Shown here in pieces: positions 37,550 to 50,636 of a stretch of DNA of 64,000 nucleotides; position 1 is the stretch's first letter; every line of letters starts with the position of its first letter. Under the pieces are notes generated by a model. That model saw only the letters and a program-made list of their open reading frames with translations, did not search any database and was not told the origin of the DNA. A program made the translations under genes and the position numbers. The DNA is taken from NCBI GenBank assembly GCA_964016885.1, contig OZ024740.1:170314001-170378000 (forward strand), read 5' to 3'. The DNA is from Eledone cirrhosa. Its lineage: Eukaryota.

Positions 37550-39110
37550 GACCTGCTGCTGCTGCTGCTGCTGTGCTCCTGTTGCTGCTGTTGTGCTGTG
37601 CTGCTAAAGTATTGTGCTGCTGATATGCTGTGCTGTTGCTGCTATTGTGCTGTTGTTGCTGCTGTTGCTGCTTTTGTGCTGTTGTTGCTGCTGTTGCTGT
37701 GCTGCTGTTGTTGATGTTGTGCCCTGCTGCTGTTGCTGCTGTTTTGCTGTGCTGTTGTTGCTGTTGTTGTGCTGTTGCTGCTGTTGTGCTGTTGCTGCTG
37801 TTGTCCTGTGCTGCTGCTGTTGTTGCGGCTGTTACTGTTTTTGCAGTTGTGCTGCTGAGGGGATGTTAATGCTACTGCTGCCGTGCTGCTGCTGTTGCCG
37901 CTGTGCTGGGGTTGCGGCTGTCACTGCTTATGCTGCCGTTGCTGCTGTTGTGCTGTGCTGTTGTTGCTGCTGTTGTGCTGTTACCGCTGTTGTGCTGTTG
38001 TGCTGTGCTGTTGTTGCTGCTATTGTGCTGCTGTTGCTGCTGTTGTGATGGTGCTGCTGTTGTGCTGTTGTTGATGTTGTGCTGTGTTGCTGTTGTGCTG
38101 TGTTGCTGTTGTGCTGTGTTGCTGTTGCTGCTGTTGTGCTCTTGCTGCTGTTGTGCTGTTGCTGCCTTTGTGCTGTGCTGCTGTTGTGCTGTTGCTGCTG
38201 TTGTGCTTTGTTGCTGTTGTGCTGTGTTGCTGTTGATGATGTTGTGCTGTGCTGCTGTTGTGCTCTTGTGCTCTTGTGCTCTTGTTGCTGCTGTTAAAAC
38301 TGTGCTGCTGTTGCTGTTTCAGCTGTTGTTGCTACTGATATGTTGTGCTGCTGTAGTGCTGCTGTTGCTGCTGTTGTTCCTGTTGTGCTGTGCTGTTGTT
38401 GCTGTTATTCTGTTGCTGCTGTTGTGCTGTGCTGCTGTTGTGATGTTCTGCTGCTGGTGTTGCTACTGTTTTGCTTTTGCTGCTGTTGTTGCTGCTGTTG
38501 TGCTGTGCTGTTGTTGCTGCTGTTGTGCTGTTGCTGCTGTGCTGCTGTTGTGATGTTATGCTGCTGGTGTTGCTACTGTTATGCTGTTGCTGCTGTTGTT
38601 GCTGCTGTTGTGCTGCGCTGTTGTTGCTGATGTTGTGCTGTTGCTGCTGTTGTGCTGTGCTGCTGTTGTGATGTTCTGCTGCTGGTGTTGCTACTGTTAT
38701 GATGTTGCTGATGTTGTACTGTGCTGCTGTTGTGCTGTTGCTGCTGTGGTGCTATGTTGGTGTTGTGTTGTATTGCTGTTGTGTTGTGTTGCTGTTGCTG
38801 CTGTGGTTCTGTGCTGTTGTTGTGATGTTCTGCTGATGTTATTGTGATGTTCTGCTGCTGTTGTTGCGTCTGTTACTGTTTTTGCTGCTGTTGCTGCTGT
38901 GCTGTTGAAGGGGATGTTACTTACTGCTTCTGCTGCCGTGCTGCTGTTGTGCTGTGCTGTTGTTGTTGCTGCTGCACTGCTGTTGCTGCTGTCGTGCTGC
39001 TGCCGTGCTGCTGTTGCGGCTGTTACTGCTTCTGCTGCTGCGCTGCTGCTGTTGTTGTTACAGCTGTTATGTCTATTGCTGATGCTCTGTTGTCATTGTT
39101 ACCGATGTTG
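37550..39110. repeat. Degenerate (GCT/GTT/GTGCT) low-complexity satellite
   Basis: Recurrent gctgttgtgctgtgctg motifs. Confidence 0.9.
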
Positions 39111-39127
39111 CATAATGTAGCTTGACA

Positions 39128-39135
39128 GATGATGG

Positions 39136-39182
<47 letters not shown>

Positions 39183-39358
39183 ATGGTGATGAGGATGATG
39201 ATGATGGTGGTGATAGTGTTGTTGTTGGTGGTGGTGGTGGTGGTGGTGGTGGTGGTGGTGGTGGTGGTGGTGGTGGTGGTGGTCGTCGTCGTCGTCGTCG
39301 TGGTGGTGGTAATTGGTGGTGGTGGTTTGTGGTGGTGGTGGTGGTGGTGGTGGTGGTT
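39128..39358. repeat. (GAT)n, (GGT)n, (CGT)n microsatellites
   Basis: Direct inspection. Confidence 0.95.
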
Positions 39359-39584
39359 ATACTAGGGATGATTGTGAAAATGGTGATGGTCATGGTGGTG
39401 AGAATGGAGATGATTTTAAGAAGGAGCAAAGAGACAGAAAGTTGGAGAAAATTTGATTTGTTGACAATAACAATGATTTCAGTGTTCAGTGGGAAATCAA
39501 ATTGTTGTTTACGAGTTTTAAACAAGCCAATCATTGGTTCACTGCGTTTAAGACGGTGAAAATACCAAAGGAATTTCTCTAGAC

Positions 39585-39731
39585 TAGTCATGGACAAACT
39601 GCGGCCGGTTTGGCTTTCTGAATGGCACGCCTAATTTTAAAATTCCCTTGCATTTTTTTAGTAGTGTAGCCGGCCCTGTGATGAGCCACATCCTATGCGG
39701 CCCACTGATCGAAAATTGTTGCCTATGCCCG
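39585..39731. mobile_element. hAT-Charlie-like MITE
   Basis: Imperfect TIRs tagtcatggacaaac / gtttgcctatgcccg and internal gcggcc motifs. The 8-bp flanks ctctagac and ctgtagac fit the NTCTAGAN target-site consensus of Charlie elements. Confidence 0.7.
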
Positions 39732-39847
39732 CTGTAGACTCAATTTTCGAGTACAGAGATATCAGTTTTCATGCAGCTTTTGAAATCTTCTCCAGATAAT
39801 TAAATACCAGTAGTATTTGCGACATTCCATGGTTATTTTGAAAACTA

Positions 39848-40058
39848 TAATATTGGTTTCTTATATATAGGCACAAGGGCAGCAATTTTGGGGGAGGGGA
39901 AAGTCGATTAAATCGACCCCAGTGCGTGATGGTACTTTATTTCATCGACCCCGTAAGGATGAAAGGCAAATTAACCTCGGCGGGATTGAACTCTGATCAT
40001 AAAGGGCCATAACTCCCTGTTTCAAAGCATGGTGTTCGACCCTCTACCGATACTGCCA
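39848..40058 (-). mobile_element. SINE family A, long form
   Basis: Reverse complement of the consensus, including the gtcgatttaatcgac...cccc segment. Confidence 0.9.
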
Positions 40059-40599
40059 GGAAGTTTATACATTGAAATTTATAAAATTGTTGCTCGTTGA
40101 TACATAACCAAGCATAAGATATATAATTCTTAAAAATCATATTTTTTATGAAATTGTATTTTCTTAAGATGGTGCAAAGACCATATATATGTCGTACTGA
40201 AGGTACAGTTTTAGGAAAAAACAACGCGTGTGTCAATCTATTAATCTTAAATGTAAAAAACATAAAGCAAAGTTTCAAACGCACAAAATATTGTATATTT
40301 TTATTTCATTTTACTATCATGTCCATGCGTGGGTTTAGTTACCTATATATTTCATTGTAGCAACACATATCATTAAGGAATTTTAGTCGAAATCACATTT
40401 TCTAAATTATGTATAAGCCAGAATGAAATGAATTGGAGTAAATAGAGATAATTTTCTCAAAGAATCCGGAAGCGTTTAGTGTTATTTAAATGTATTTCAC
40501 CGAGAAATTCCATTGGAACTTGTGTTTTTCGTTGGTCAGAATTTAACCAACATTTGTTGTACTGTACACCTGTTACGTAATGAAACTATAACTTAAACA

Positions 40600-40830
40600 A
40601 AATTTCTTCTTGTGTCATCACTGAATCAGTGTTTGACGAACCATAACGTTCCACGCTGTTCGATCTCGGGCAAGATCCCATATTTCTGTGGTTTTGGTAT
40701 TGAAATTGTCAAAAAAGGACCACCTTTGATGACCTCTGGAACGCTTCCCAGTAATTTTTCCAGCATGCTTTTTCTGATGGCATGTCCTAGGAACGTTAGT
40801 TGTCTCTTTGAAGGAAACCTAAACTATAGG
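40600..40830 (-). mobile_element. Short RTE-like LINE 3' remnant
   Basis: Minus strand FLGHAIRKSMLEKLL resembles the RTE C-terminal (F)GHI.R...LEK motif; ends in a short gaagaa tail. Confidence 0.4.
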
Positions 40831-41177
40831 AACTTATGCTTGTTGGTCAGAGATGTTCCATGGTTGCGTGGTAGAAGACCTTTATGCTAAACAAACATTG
40901 TTTTCTCCCTTACACAGGAAAAACCTTACCAGTTTCTATTGCTGTCAGCCGTGAAACTCATCCACACATAGCTACACGCGTGTGTATTTCTGTTTGTGTG
41001 TGTGTGTAATGGAAATTCACCAGGAAGTCCATTGAAACTGAGGTTTTATTTGTTGAGAATGAAACTAGTATCAGTTTCGAAGTAGAATTATTCTACCAGA
41101 CAACAATATACCATCATCGAGCACCAAACAAATATTATTTATAGTTAAGGCTTTCAAAATTATATATGAACTATAGG

Positions 41178-41329
41178 CAGTGCAGGATTTACCATCGTGC
41201 TTAGGTGTGCTTGGCCGGGGAGATGGGGGTCATCTTCCTACCCAAAATATTTTTTATGATGAATTACCTCCTTCAGGGCCCAAGTAACTTAAGTAGCACA
41301 GGGCCTCGTTTGTCCTAAATTTCGCACTG
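41178..41329. mobile_element. Probable hAT-type MITE
   Basis: Imperfect TIRs cagtgcaggattta / taaatttcgcactg and internal cagggcc motifs. No TSD is recognisable. Confidence 0.45.
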
Positions 41330-41596
41330 ATATATTTCTATTTTGATGCACGAATTTATAGATGCTCGTAATATTGTTTCATTCTATTCAAATTCTCTCG
41401 ATTATTTTCGATATTTAAGGTTAATTAAATTGCAACATTAAACACGTGGCATGACAAACATAATAATATAATTTTGTTGCTATACCAACTAAAAAAATAA
41501 TTGTTAAATGCGAGGGATAGCTGAACTGTTAGCGAATGGTCAAAAGAATATATTACCGTATTTACATAAAATGATCTAAGGAAAATAACTGAAATA

Positions 41597-41773
41597 AATA
41601 ATTGTTTCTTCTTTTGGCACAAGGCCAGCAATTATCCCAGTGCATTACTGGTGCTTTATTTTATCGAGCTCGTAAGGATGAAAGGCAAATTTAACCCCGG
41701 CGGGATTTGAACTCACAACGCAAAAGGCCATAATTCTATGTGGCAAAGCATGGTGTCTGACGCTCTACCGATA
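41597..41773 (-). mobile_element. SINE family A, short form
   Basis: Reverse complement of the consensus. Confidence 0.9.
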
Positions 41774-43119
41774 AATTATGATATGAATTCAGATAAATAT
41801 GTCTTAAGGCCGCATGAAAAAATCCTACTAAATTAGATTTTGCCTTCTAGTTAGACAACAAAAGGCAAAAACCAAGCCGTTAATAGGTTACAATTCTTAA
41901 AATGGGGAGGTAATTTCAAGAATGGAAGAATTAATCTCTCAATGTTTGTTTATAAGCTTAATGACGATAAAATCTTATATTTGTAACAAGGAACAAAAAT
42001 GGACATGTTTCTATTCATCATCAGTATAGTTTAATCAAATCTGATGATGAGTTAACATAGATCCTTACATAGAGAAAACGAGTCATGAATAACTTTTGAG
42101 CAGTGAAGTGTACATAACTCAAAATAATTTAACTTAGAGAAATAATTCGAATAGACCGATATCATGAATTTGGATAAATTAAGTTATAGAGAACTGTGCT
42201 GAATGCCATAGGCAAAAACAAAATTCCCAGTTAAATGAAATTGTCACATAATGTGTCACATAAATTCTTCCTGGTGATTACGTTAATGGTGTAGATATCT
42301 GTGAAATTGTCAGCTAATTTTCCGTTAATTTAATGAAGTGGTCCAGCTGGATGCCGACATAGCAGAGCGATTAACCCTTTGGTCCTAGACTGAAACCAAC
42401 TCTGGTTCCACGATGCAAATTTGTTTATTTTAAAACGTTAATACTTATATAACACCCTACCACCGTAATTTTATGTACGAACCTTTGTTAAATTATATTC
42501 CAAACACCAGCTTGGGGATGAGAAAGTTAATTATATTACTAAATCCTAGCAAAGTTGTCAATATTTAGATGATTTGAACAACACAATGTATTTCATTAGA
42601 AATATAAAAACGAAAGAGTAAATAAATTCACTTCGCAATCACGAGGTTCCGGGTTCGATCTCATTGCTTGATATATTGGACAAATAACTTTACCATAAAC
42701 TCAGGTAAACACAAATCGTATGAATGAAATTGTGTGGACGGAAACTATGTGGAAGACCGACGTATGGAATATACCTGTGACATATTTGAAATGTTCGGCT
42801 TTGTCACATATTGTCACGCTAGTGGTGGTGGAAATGATAATGGAGATGATGATGGAGGTGGCGGTGATGATGTTGATGATGATGATGATGATGCTGTCGA
42901 TGATAATGATGCCTGCTGCTGGTAATGGTAGCAGTGTCAACCGCGACATCGACGCCAACATTAGCGGTAGCGCTTATTCTCATCTCGTGATTCCACTCAC
43001 TCCGGCTGTTATGAGCGTTGATCGATTTTGAAAACATCCAATACCAATAATATTAACAACAACAATATTTTCAACACTACCATTAACACCAATACCACTA
43101 CTATCACCATTATTTACAT

Positions 43120-43410
43120 TAGCATCACCACCATCATCACCATTATTAACACTACCATCACCACCACCATCATAACATCACCGCCGGCGCCACCACCATC
43201 ATCACCATTATTAACACTACCACCATCATAACATCACCGCCGGCGCCACCACCATCATCACCATTATTAACACTACCATCACCGCCATCTTAACATCACC
43301 GCCGGCGCCACCACCATCATCACCATTATTAACACTACCACCACCACCATCATAACATCACCGCCGGCGCCACCACCATCATCACCATTATTAACACTAC
43401 CATCACCACT
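43120..43410. repeat. About 60-bp minisatellite, 4-5 copies
   Basis: ccgccggcgccaccaccatcatcaccattattaacactacca recurs at 43181, 43237, 43298 and 43361. Confidence 0.9.
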
Positions 43411-45350
43411 ACCTCTACTAGCATCACAATTGTTACTGCTTCCATAAATACCATTACCACCACATTACATCACCACCGTCCCCTATACTAGTGTAAGTAT
43501 CACCGGCATTCAGAACCACAAACACCCTCGCCACCGTCACCATTACCTTAGCTATCACTAACAATAACATCACCAGACTCGTATCAGTATGAGTTCTTCT
43601 AGGTGCTTGCTCGATAACTAGAAATGGCACTGAAATTATCCTCAATCCTCCTTATGCTGCTCAAAAATGTGAAGGTCACGTTGGATCCTGTAATCCTAGA
43701 TACACTGTGTCTCAAACATTGACAAAATAGTGACGACTGGGATGTCTTTGATCATAAGTCTGCTGGATTTGGGATGACCTTTGTTTAAACAACAACATTA
43801 ACATCTTTATATAGCTACACTACCGCAATCTCCACAACAACCGTCACCAAGATAACCAACAGCATTACCATCGTTACCATCACCGGCATTCACACAATGA
43901 AAGCTATTATTACCGGCATTACCATCACCGCCACCAACGTCACTATCGTGATAAGCCTGTGAGGTGAAGGGGTAGGGAAATATGTTGAACACATATGCTA
44001 GAAATAACAGTAAAATCTCTCTGAATTTACACCCGAAGGACACGTTTGATTAAATTGTTCCGTGTGCAATGTTAACTATGCAGTAGGCGTAAGAAAGGGT
44101 GAGGATGGCCATGGCTGGAATGTCATTCTTCATAGGCTTGCGTGATCAGGACTGACCACGACATGAAATAACGTCACTCTTACTAACGGTTGTTGGACGT
44201 TGCTAGATAGAGCAGCCCAATGTCTATCAACTCAAAAGGAAAAATTGCTTTGGATAAACTGACTTTACCAACCGCTCTTAACTCGTGCCGATCACCGTCG
44301 AATATTCTGGCATCCTCACTCCCCGAGCTACCGTTTAAAATTTGAAGAGCATCTCATCCCACCCGAGGAAGGTGCCACGTAAGGTGGAGTGGCTGTTCTC
44401 TGCGGCAATGATGTCGCCATTTTGTCCTCAGGGTGCAACTGCGATATACCACCCTGACTGGGGTGTTGAATGTGTCTCTCTAGCTTCTTCCCTTACTTTC
44501 ATTATAATTTTTTTTTATTTTTCCTATTCCAAATGTACGATTGAAAACTAATGTATGGTTGAAGTAAATGTCGTATGTAATTGTGACCATATGTATACAA
44601 GATGATTATGTTGGACTGAATAAAAAATAATATAGTCACATTTAGGACACATTTGATCAATGGCCTGCTCGATTGGGACAGACTAGTGGATTAACAACAA
44701 CAACAACAACACCATCTCTGTCACCACCTCCATATACATCATAACCACGTACCAAAACGACCGCTGCTAGATGAGTGCTCAATCTGCTAGAAATAGGAGC
44801 CATATCTCTTTCGAAAATTACATTCTATCATCTTAGAAAAGAACACGCTATATAGAGTGTGCTACAGGCTAACCTGCACATGGTTAAAAGACGGGATGTT
44901 CATTACTGGAACGCTTTACGCTTTTAATCAGGAATGATTCCGGGTTAAATAAAACCATCACGACCACTTCCACCACCACCACCACCACTCTCAACACATC
45001 CGCCGCCATCACCAGCACTACTACCGATATCACCAATTATAACGACATTCACTACCACAAACACCATCACCACCAGCACGCCCGCCGCCACTATCATCAC
45101 CACCATTATCACTACCAACCCCCCTATCCTTACCATCACTACCACCACCACTACCACTAACACCACTACCACTACCATCGTCAACACCACCACCGCCTTC
45201 ACCATCACTATTAACGCCACCTCGACACCCCCACATCGTCCGTTTCAGGAATTGCCTATATGTACCTCAACTCCCACCTTCTACTCCACCCACGCATTCA
45301 ACGTCATATTGTTCTTTTTCCTTTAACACAGCGGAACTTTTGCCCTGTCT

Positions 45351-45356
<6 letters not shown>

Positions 45357-45398
<42 letters not shown>

Positions 45399-45580
45399 GT
45401 CTCTCTCTCTCTCTCTTTCTCTCTGGGTCTCTCTCTCTCCCTGGGTCTCTCTCTCTCCCTGGGTCTCTCTCTCTCTCCCTAGGTCTCTCTCTCTCTCTGA
45501 GTCTCTCTCTCCCTCTGGGTCGCTCTCTCTCTCCCTGGGTATCTCTCTCTCTCTCTCTCCCTCTCTCTCTCTATCTCTCA
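45357..45580. repeat. (CT)n microsatellite punctuated by ctgggt
   Basis: Direct inspection. Confidence 0.9.
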
Positions 45581-45929
45581 CCCTCAGTCACTCGTTTTTT
45601 CCTCTGTCCGTTCTCTTCTTTAGTTCTGTATAGTCCAAAACTGGCACTCCTATGTATCCACGTCTCCAGCTGTTACGGCACCACCCAGAGCCCCATCATC
45701 TATAACCACCAGCACCACTAAGAACATGAGCAACACCACCACCTCCAACATCACTAACAAATACCACTAACACCACAACTATCACCGCGCCCCACCAATC
45801 GCTCCACCATTAAAACCACCATAAAACCCCATGAGCAATATTAGCAGTAACACCACAAACACAACACCGCATGAAGGCTCCAACAACCGTTACACGACCA
45901 CGACCTACATCACCATCAATGTTGCGAAC

Positions 45930-46277
45930 AACATAACCAATAACATCATTCCCAATACCAGCCTCACCAACACTACTAACATAACCAATAACATCATTCC
46001 CAATACCAGCCTCACCAACACTACTAACATAACCAATAACATCATTCCCAATACCAGCCTCACCAACACTACTAACATAACCAATAACATCATTCCCAAT
46101 ACCAGCCTCACCAACACTACTAACATAACCAATAACATCATTCCCAATACCAGCCTCACCAACACTACTAACATAACCAATAACATCATTCCCAATACCA
46201 GCCTCACCAACACTACTAACATAACCAATAACATCATTCCCAATACCAGCCTCACCAACACTACTAACATAACCAAC
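45930..46277. repeat. 48-bp perfect tandem repeat, about 7 copies
   Basis: Unit aacataaccaataacatcattcccaataccagcctcaccaacactact. Confidence 0.95.
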
Positions 46278-46356
46278 ATTACTAACACAACGTCGCCGAC
46301 TACCGGAGCACGCGCTTAACTGACCCACTATCACCCAATACTCACCTTCCAATTGC

Positions 46357-46728
46357 AAACACACACGCACACACACACACAGAGTTTCCCACACGCATAC
46401 ACACAAACACAAACACAGTCTTATATACACACACACACACACATAAACACAAACATACACGCACACACAGTCTTACACACACACACACTCACACACTCAC
46501 ACACAGAGTCTTACACACACACACACTCACATACACACGCACACACAGTCTTACACACACACACACAGACACACAGACTCCACAAGTATACATACACAGA
46601 CAGAGTTTTCCACACGCATACACACACACACTCACACACAAACACACACACACAAACACACAGACACAGTTTTCCACACGCATACACACAGACACAGTTT
46701 TCCACACGCATACACACACACCCACACT

Positions 46729-46775
<47 letters not shown>

Positions 46776-47632
46776 AAACACACAGAGACTTCCACAAGTA
46801 TACACACACAGACACATTTTTCCACAAGCATACACACACACACACTCACACACACACACACACACAGAGACTTCCACAAGTATACACACACAGACACAGT
46901 TTTCCACACGCATACACACACACACACTCACACACACACACACAAACACACACACACAAACACACAGAGACTTCCACAAGTATACACACACAGACACAGT
47001 TTTCCACACGCATACACACACACACACACACTCTCTCACACACACACACACACAAACACAAAAACACACAGAGACTTCCACAAGTATACACACACAGACA
47101 CATTTTTCCACATGCATACACACACACACTCACACACACACACACACACAAACACACAAACACACAGAGACTTCCTCAAGTATACACACACAGACACAGT
47201 TTTCCACACGCATACACACACACACACACACACTCTCACACACACACACACACACACAATCACACAAACACACAGAGACTTCCACAAGTATACACACACA
47301 GACACATTTTTCCACACGCATACACACACACACACTCTCACACACACACACACACACAAACACACAGAGACTTCCACAACTATACACACACAGACACATT
47401 TTTCCACACGCATGCACACACACACACTCACACACACACACACACAAACACACAAACACACAGAGACTTCCACAAGTATACACACACAGACACATTTTTC
47501 CACACGCATGCACACACACACACACAAACACACAAACACACAGAGACTTCCACAAGTATACACACACAGACAGATATTTCCACACGCATACACAGAGTCT
47601 TACATACACACACTCACACACAGACACACAGA
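46357..47632. repeat. (CA)n-based compound minisatellite of about 80-110 bp units
   Basis: Conserved acacagagacttccacaagtatacacacacagacac(ag/at)ttttccacacgcat separated by variable (CA)n. Confidence 0.92.
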
Positions 47633-48066
47633 TATGTCCACTCATATTTAGCAGAGAAAAAAATGTACGCTCGCAGAACTCACATGATCTTAACACTAAC
47701 AGTATAAACATTCTCTTTCCATCATTCTCTATTTAGTCTTACATAATTTCATTCTATATTAGTCCCGGCTTCATCGTCCTTCTATTCATTTCCCTTCTGT
47801 TTACCGCCCAACTTTTAATATATCATCTTCATATATATACACATAGATATATATGCATGTGTCTGTGTATGTATATCTAATTTATACACATATGTACGTA
47901 TACAGTATAAATATACGTATATATAGTTCAATTTTAAAAGATATATTTAGAAGGAGTAAGTGTCATAGATCGTTTGAGAAACAGTATTTTGTACAATATA
48001 CATATATATGTGCGCGCGCGCGCGTGTGTGTGTGTGTGTGTGTGTGTAATACAATATATAGTTGAT

Positions 48067-48111
<45 letters not shown>

Positions 48112-48242
48112 ACTTGAAATTGATTGGCATACAAATATTTAAAATAAATACATGAAACAATCACAGGGCATAATTTGTAAAGTGTGTAATCACATAGTTA
48201 TGTAGGTATATTATATATATATATCATTTTATATAGAAATGA

Positions 48243-48291
48243 ACTCTACAGGACTTGAACTGTTTCATTCCTATGAAATCAACAGCAAAGT
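48243..48291 (-). ncRNA. Degenerate hammerhead-like motif, paralog of 50645-50695
   Basis: CUGUUGA-U-UUC-AUAG-GAA-U-GAAA-CAG-UUCAAGUC-CUG-UA-GAGU. The same downstream ttgagtacctt...actgtggttac follows both copies. Confidence 0.55.
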
Positions 48292-48413
48292 ACATTTCTA
48301 TATATACGTAGTAGTGATTTCTATATAAAATTGAGTACCTTTTTAACTGTGGTTACTCCCCGACGCAATTTGGGAAACTACATATCATATATATATATAT
48401 TTATATATATACA

Positions 48414-48462
<49 letters not shown>

Positions 48463-49043
48463 AAGGATAACAGAAACATGCTAGTATACATTTGTATTTA
48501 TATATCGTAAAGGTAAGTTAATAGATGATAAATTAAAGAATGATTAGTAATAATTTACATTTCGAAATTTATTTTAAATTTCTTTAAAAGATTGTTACAG
48601 ACTTGCTGATGAATAAAATACACTGTTAGCGTCATATTCTGACGTGATCAATCTGCTATACAATAATTTTAACATTTTCATATTTCTAAATTAACAAATG
48701 GAAAAATTTTAAATCTAATTTTTTTTTATTCATCTTTCTTTTAATTTTCGATGTAATTTTCTATATATCGTTTGATTAAACTTTTTTAAAAGAAAGTTTT
48801 CTAAATTTAACTTCACACACACACACACACACACACACACAGATATACATACACACACACACACACACACATACACATATATATATATTTAGAAAACTTT
48901 ATATATATATATATATGGGTGTGTGTGTTGGTAAGATATTAATTAGACTTGTGAGACTATTCAGAAAGAAACGTACAGATATTATTTATTATGTGTCTGT
49001 GTATATGTGTCTGTTTGAAATGTAGTCGGATTTTCTTGCCAAC

Positions 49044-49113
<70 letters not shown>

Positions 49114-49357
49114 CTACTGTACGTCTGTATACATATATGTATGTACGTATACATACTTATATTTAAGTAACAGCCGTACTAAGAGTGAGAAATGAAATTT
49201 CGTTTCATTTTTTCCGTTTATATATATATATATGTATATAATAAAGAATTCATATCTAGTAACATATATATACATACAGATGCATATCAATGCTAGCAAA
49301 TATATAGGTTTTGTCTTAATAACAGTGTGGTTCAATGCATGGGGTTGCAGAACAGTA

Positions 49358-49767
49358 ATATAAGAGACGTAAAATAAGAAAATTATAAAATTAACTTACT
49401 TACTAAAATATCACTTCCAACTAATTAGTTTCTGGAATGGAGTAAATATATTTTCCGAAGAATAATATAGAGAAGCATTCCGTCGTCAGGAATTTGCCAC
49501 AGACGTAGAGGCAGTGATTTTCTCAATGGCTTGGAATTCAGTCCACGCTTCGCTATTTCCTATCCACTGAATTATTTTTTAATAAGTTTCCAGTGTCCTC
49601 GCTTTGCCTGGAAACTTACATGAGAATAGACTTTCCTGACGACGGAATGCTTCTTTATATTATTCTTCGGAAAATATATTTACTCCATTCCAGAAACTAA
49701 TTAGTTGGAAGTGATATTTTAGTAAGTAAGTTAATTTTATAATTTTCTTATTTTACATCTCTTATAT
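49358..49767. repeat. Foldback element with about 135-bp near-perfect arms (49358-49492 / 49633-49767)
   Basis: Reverse-complement arms with very few mismatches, a 140-bp spacer and (TA)n on the right flank. Confidence 0.93.
49630..49712 (+). ncRNA. Type-I hammerhead ribozyme-like motif
   Basis: ACUUUC-CUGACGA-C-GGAAUG...CAUUCC-A-GAAA-CUAAUUAG-UU-GGAAGU. Stem I has 6 bp (one GU), stem II has 6 bp, stem III is palindromic (AACUAAUUAGUU) and the triplet is GUU. Confidence 0.65.
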
Positions 49768-49810
49768 ATATATATATATATATATATAACGAAGGAGTTA
49801 TGGTAAAAAA

Positions 49811-50150
49811 CCAGATGGACCATAATGCACCAGAGTACTCAATACTTAGGGTATTAGAGTGGGTAATAGGAAAAAGTATGACCCCGACGGCAGAGCTCAA
49901 ACCGTTTCGACGGCTATTTCTGGACTCAGTCCAGAAATAGCCGTTGAATATATATATTACAGAGAGTCGGGAACCCGACTGCTGAGCTCTTGCAATTTCA
50001 ACAACTATTTCCAGCAGACAAACAGCTTGTTGAGTATGGAACTAGCTGTTTGAAACGGCAAGAGCTCACCCGCCGGGGTCCTGTCTTTTTAAAACATAAC
50101 CATACTCTACTGCCCTAAGTATCACGTAATCTGTTAACTACTGGTCTAAC
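49811..50150. repeat. Diverged foldback element with an internal perfect 16-bp hairpin (49910-49944)
   Basis: atacttagggta..tagagt...gaccccgacgg..gagctc..ccgtttc mirrors gaaacgg..gagctc..ccgccggggtc...actcta..tgccctaagtat. Hairpin: acggctatttctggac-tca-gtccagaaatagccgt. Confidence 0.75.
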
Positions 50151-50541
50151 CAGTCTCAAACTGAATCCATCCTGCTTTATATATATTGTTTTAACTCTTT
50201 TACTCGTTTACCTGTTCCAGCCAGCCGACTGAGGCTATGCTGGGGCATCGCCCTTGTGGCAGTGTTAAGGTCTCACCGATATATATTTATATATTTGATT
50301 TCTATTTTTTTGTACAACACCTCCTATATATAAACATTTTAAAAGATTTTCGAATTGATAGTAAAATGTGAACAGCATGTTAATCACTTTATGCAGAGAA
50401 AATAACATAGCAAGTTTCACGGGTAATTGGCGATCATCAGAAGAAAAGCAACTGTATCAAACAATATATAAAAAGAAGTTATAACCAGATGCAACATATA
50501 TCACATATATACGAATACACAGACACATACACGCACAGACA

Positions 50542-50635
<94 letters not shown>

Positions 50636-50636
50636 A

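Noticed and set aside
40905-40935. tacacaggaaaaaccttaccag resembling a TGEKPY zinc-finger linker or a splice acceptor
   Set aside because: Out of frame, with no flanking C2H2 residues and no open exon.
42371-42620. ttaacccttt...aaagagtaa piggyBac-like MITE ends
   Set aside because: The right terminus is degenerate and the TTAA duplication incomplete.
44210-44480. GC-richer segment possibly from a CR1/Jockey-like LINE
   Set aside because: Peptide similarity is too weak to assign by eye.
46357-47632. Repeat-spacer pattern superficially like a CRISPR array; 432-aa His/Thr ORF
   Set aside because: The spacers are variable (CA)n rather than unique sequence, the context is eukaryotic, and no cas genes are present.
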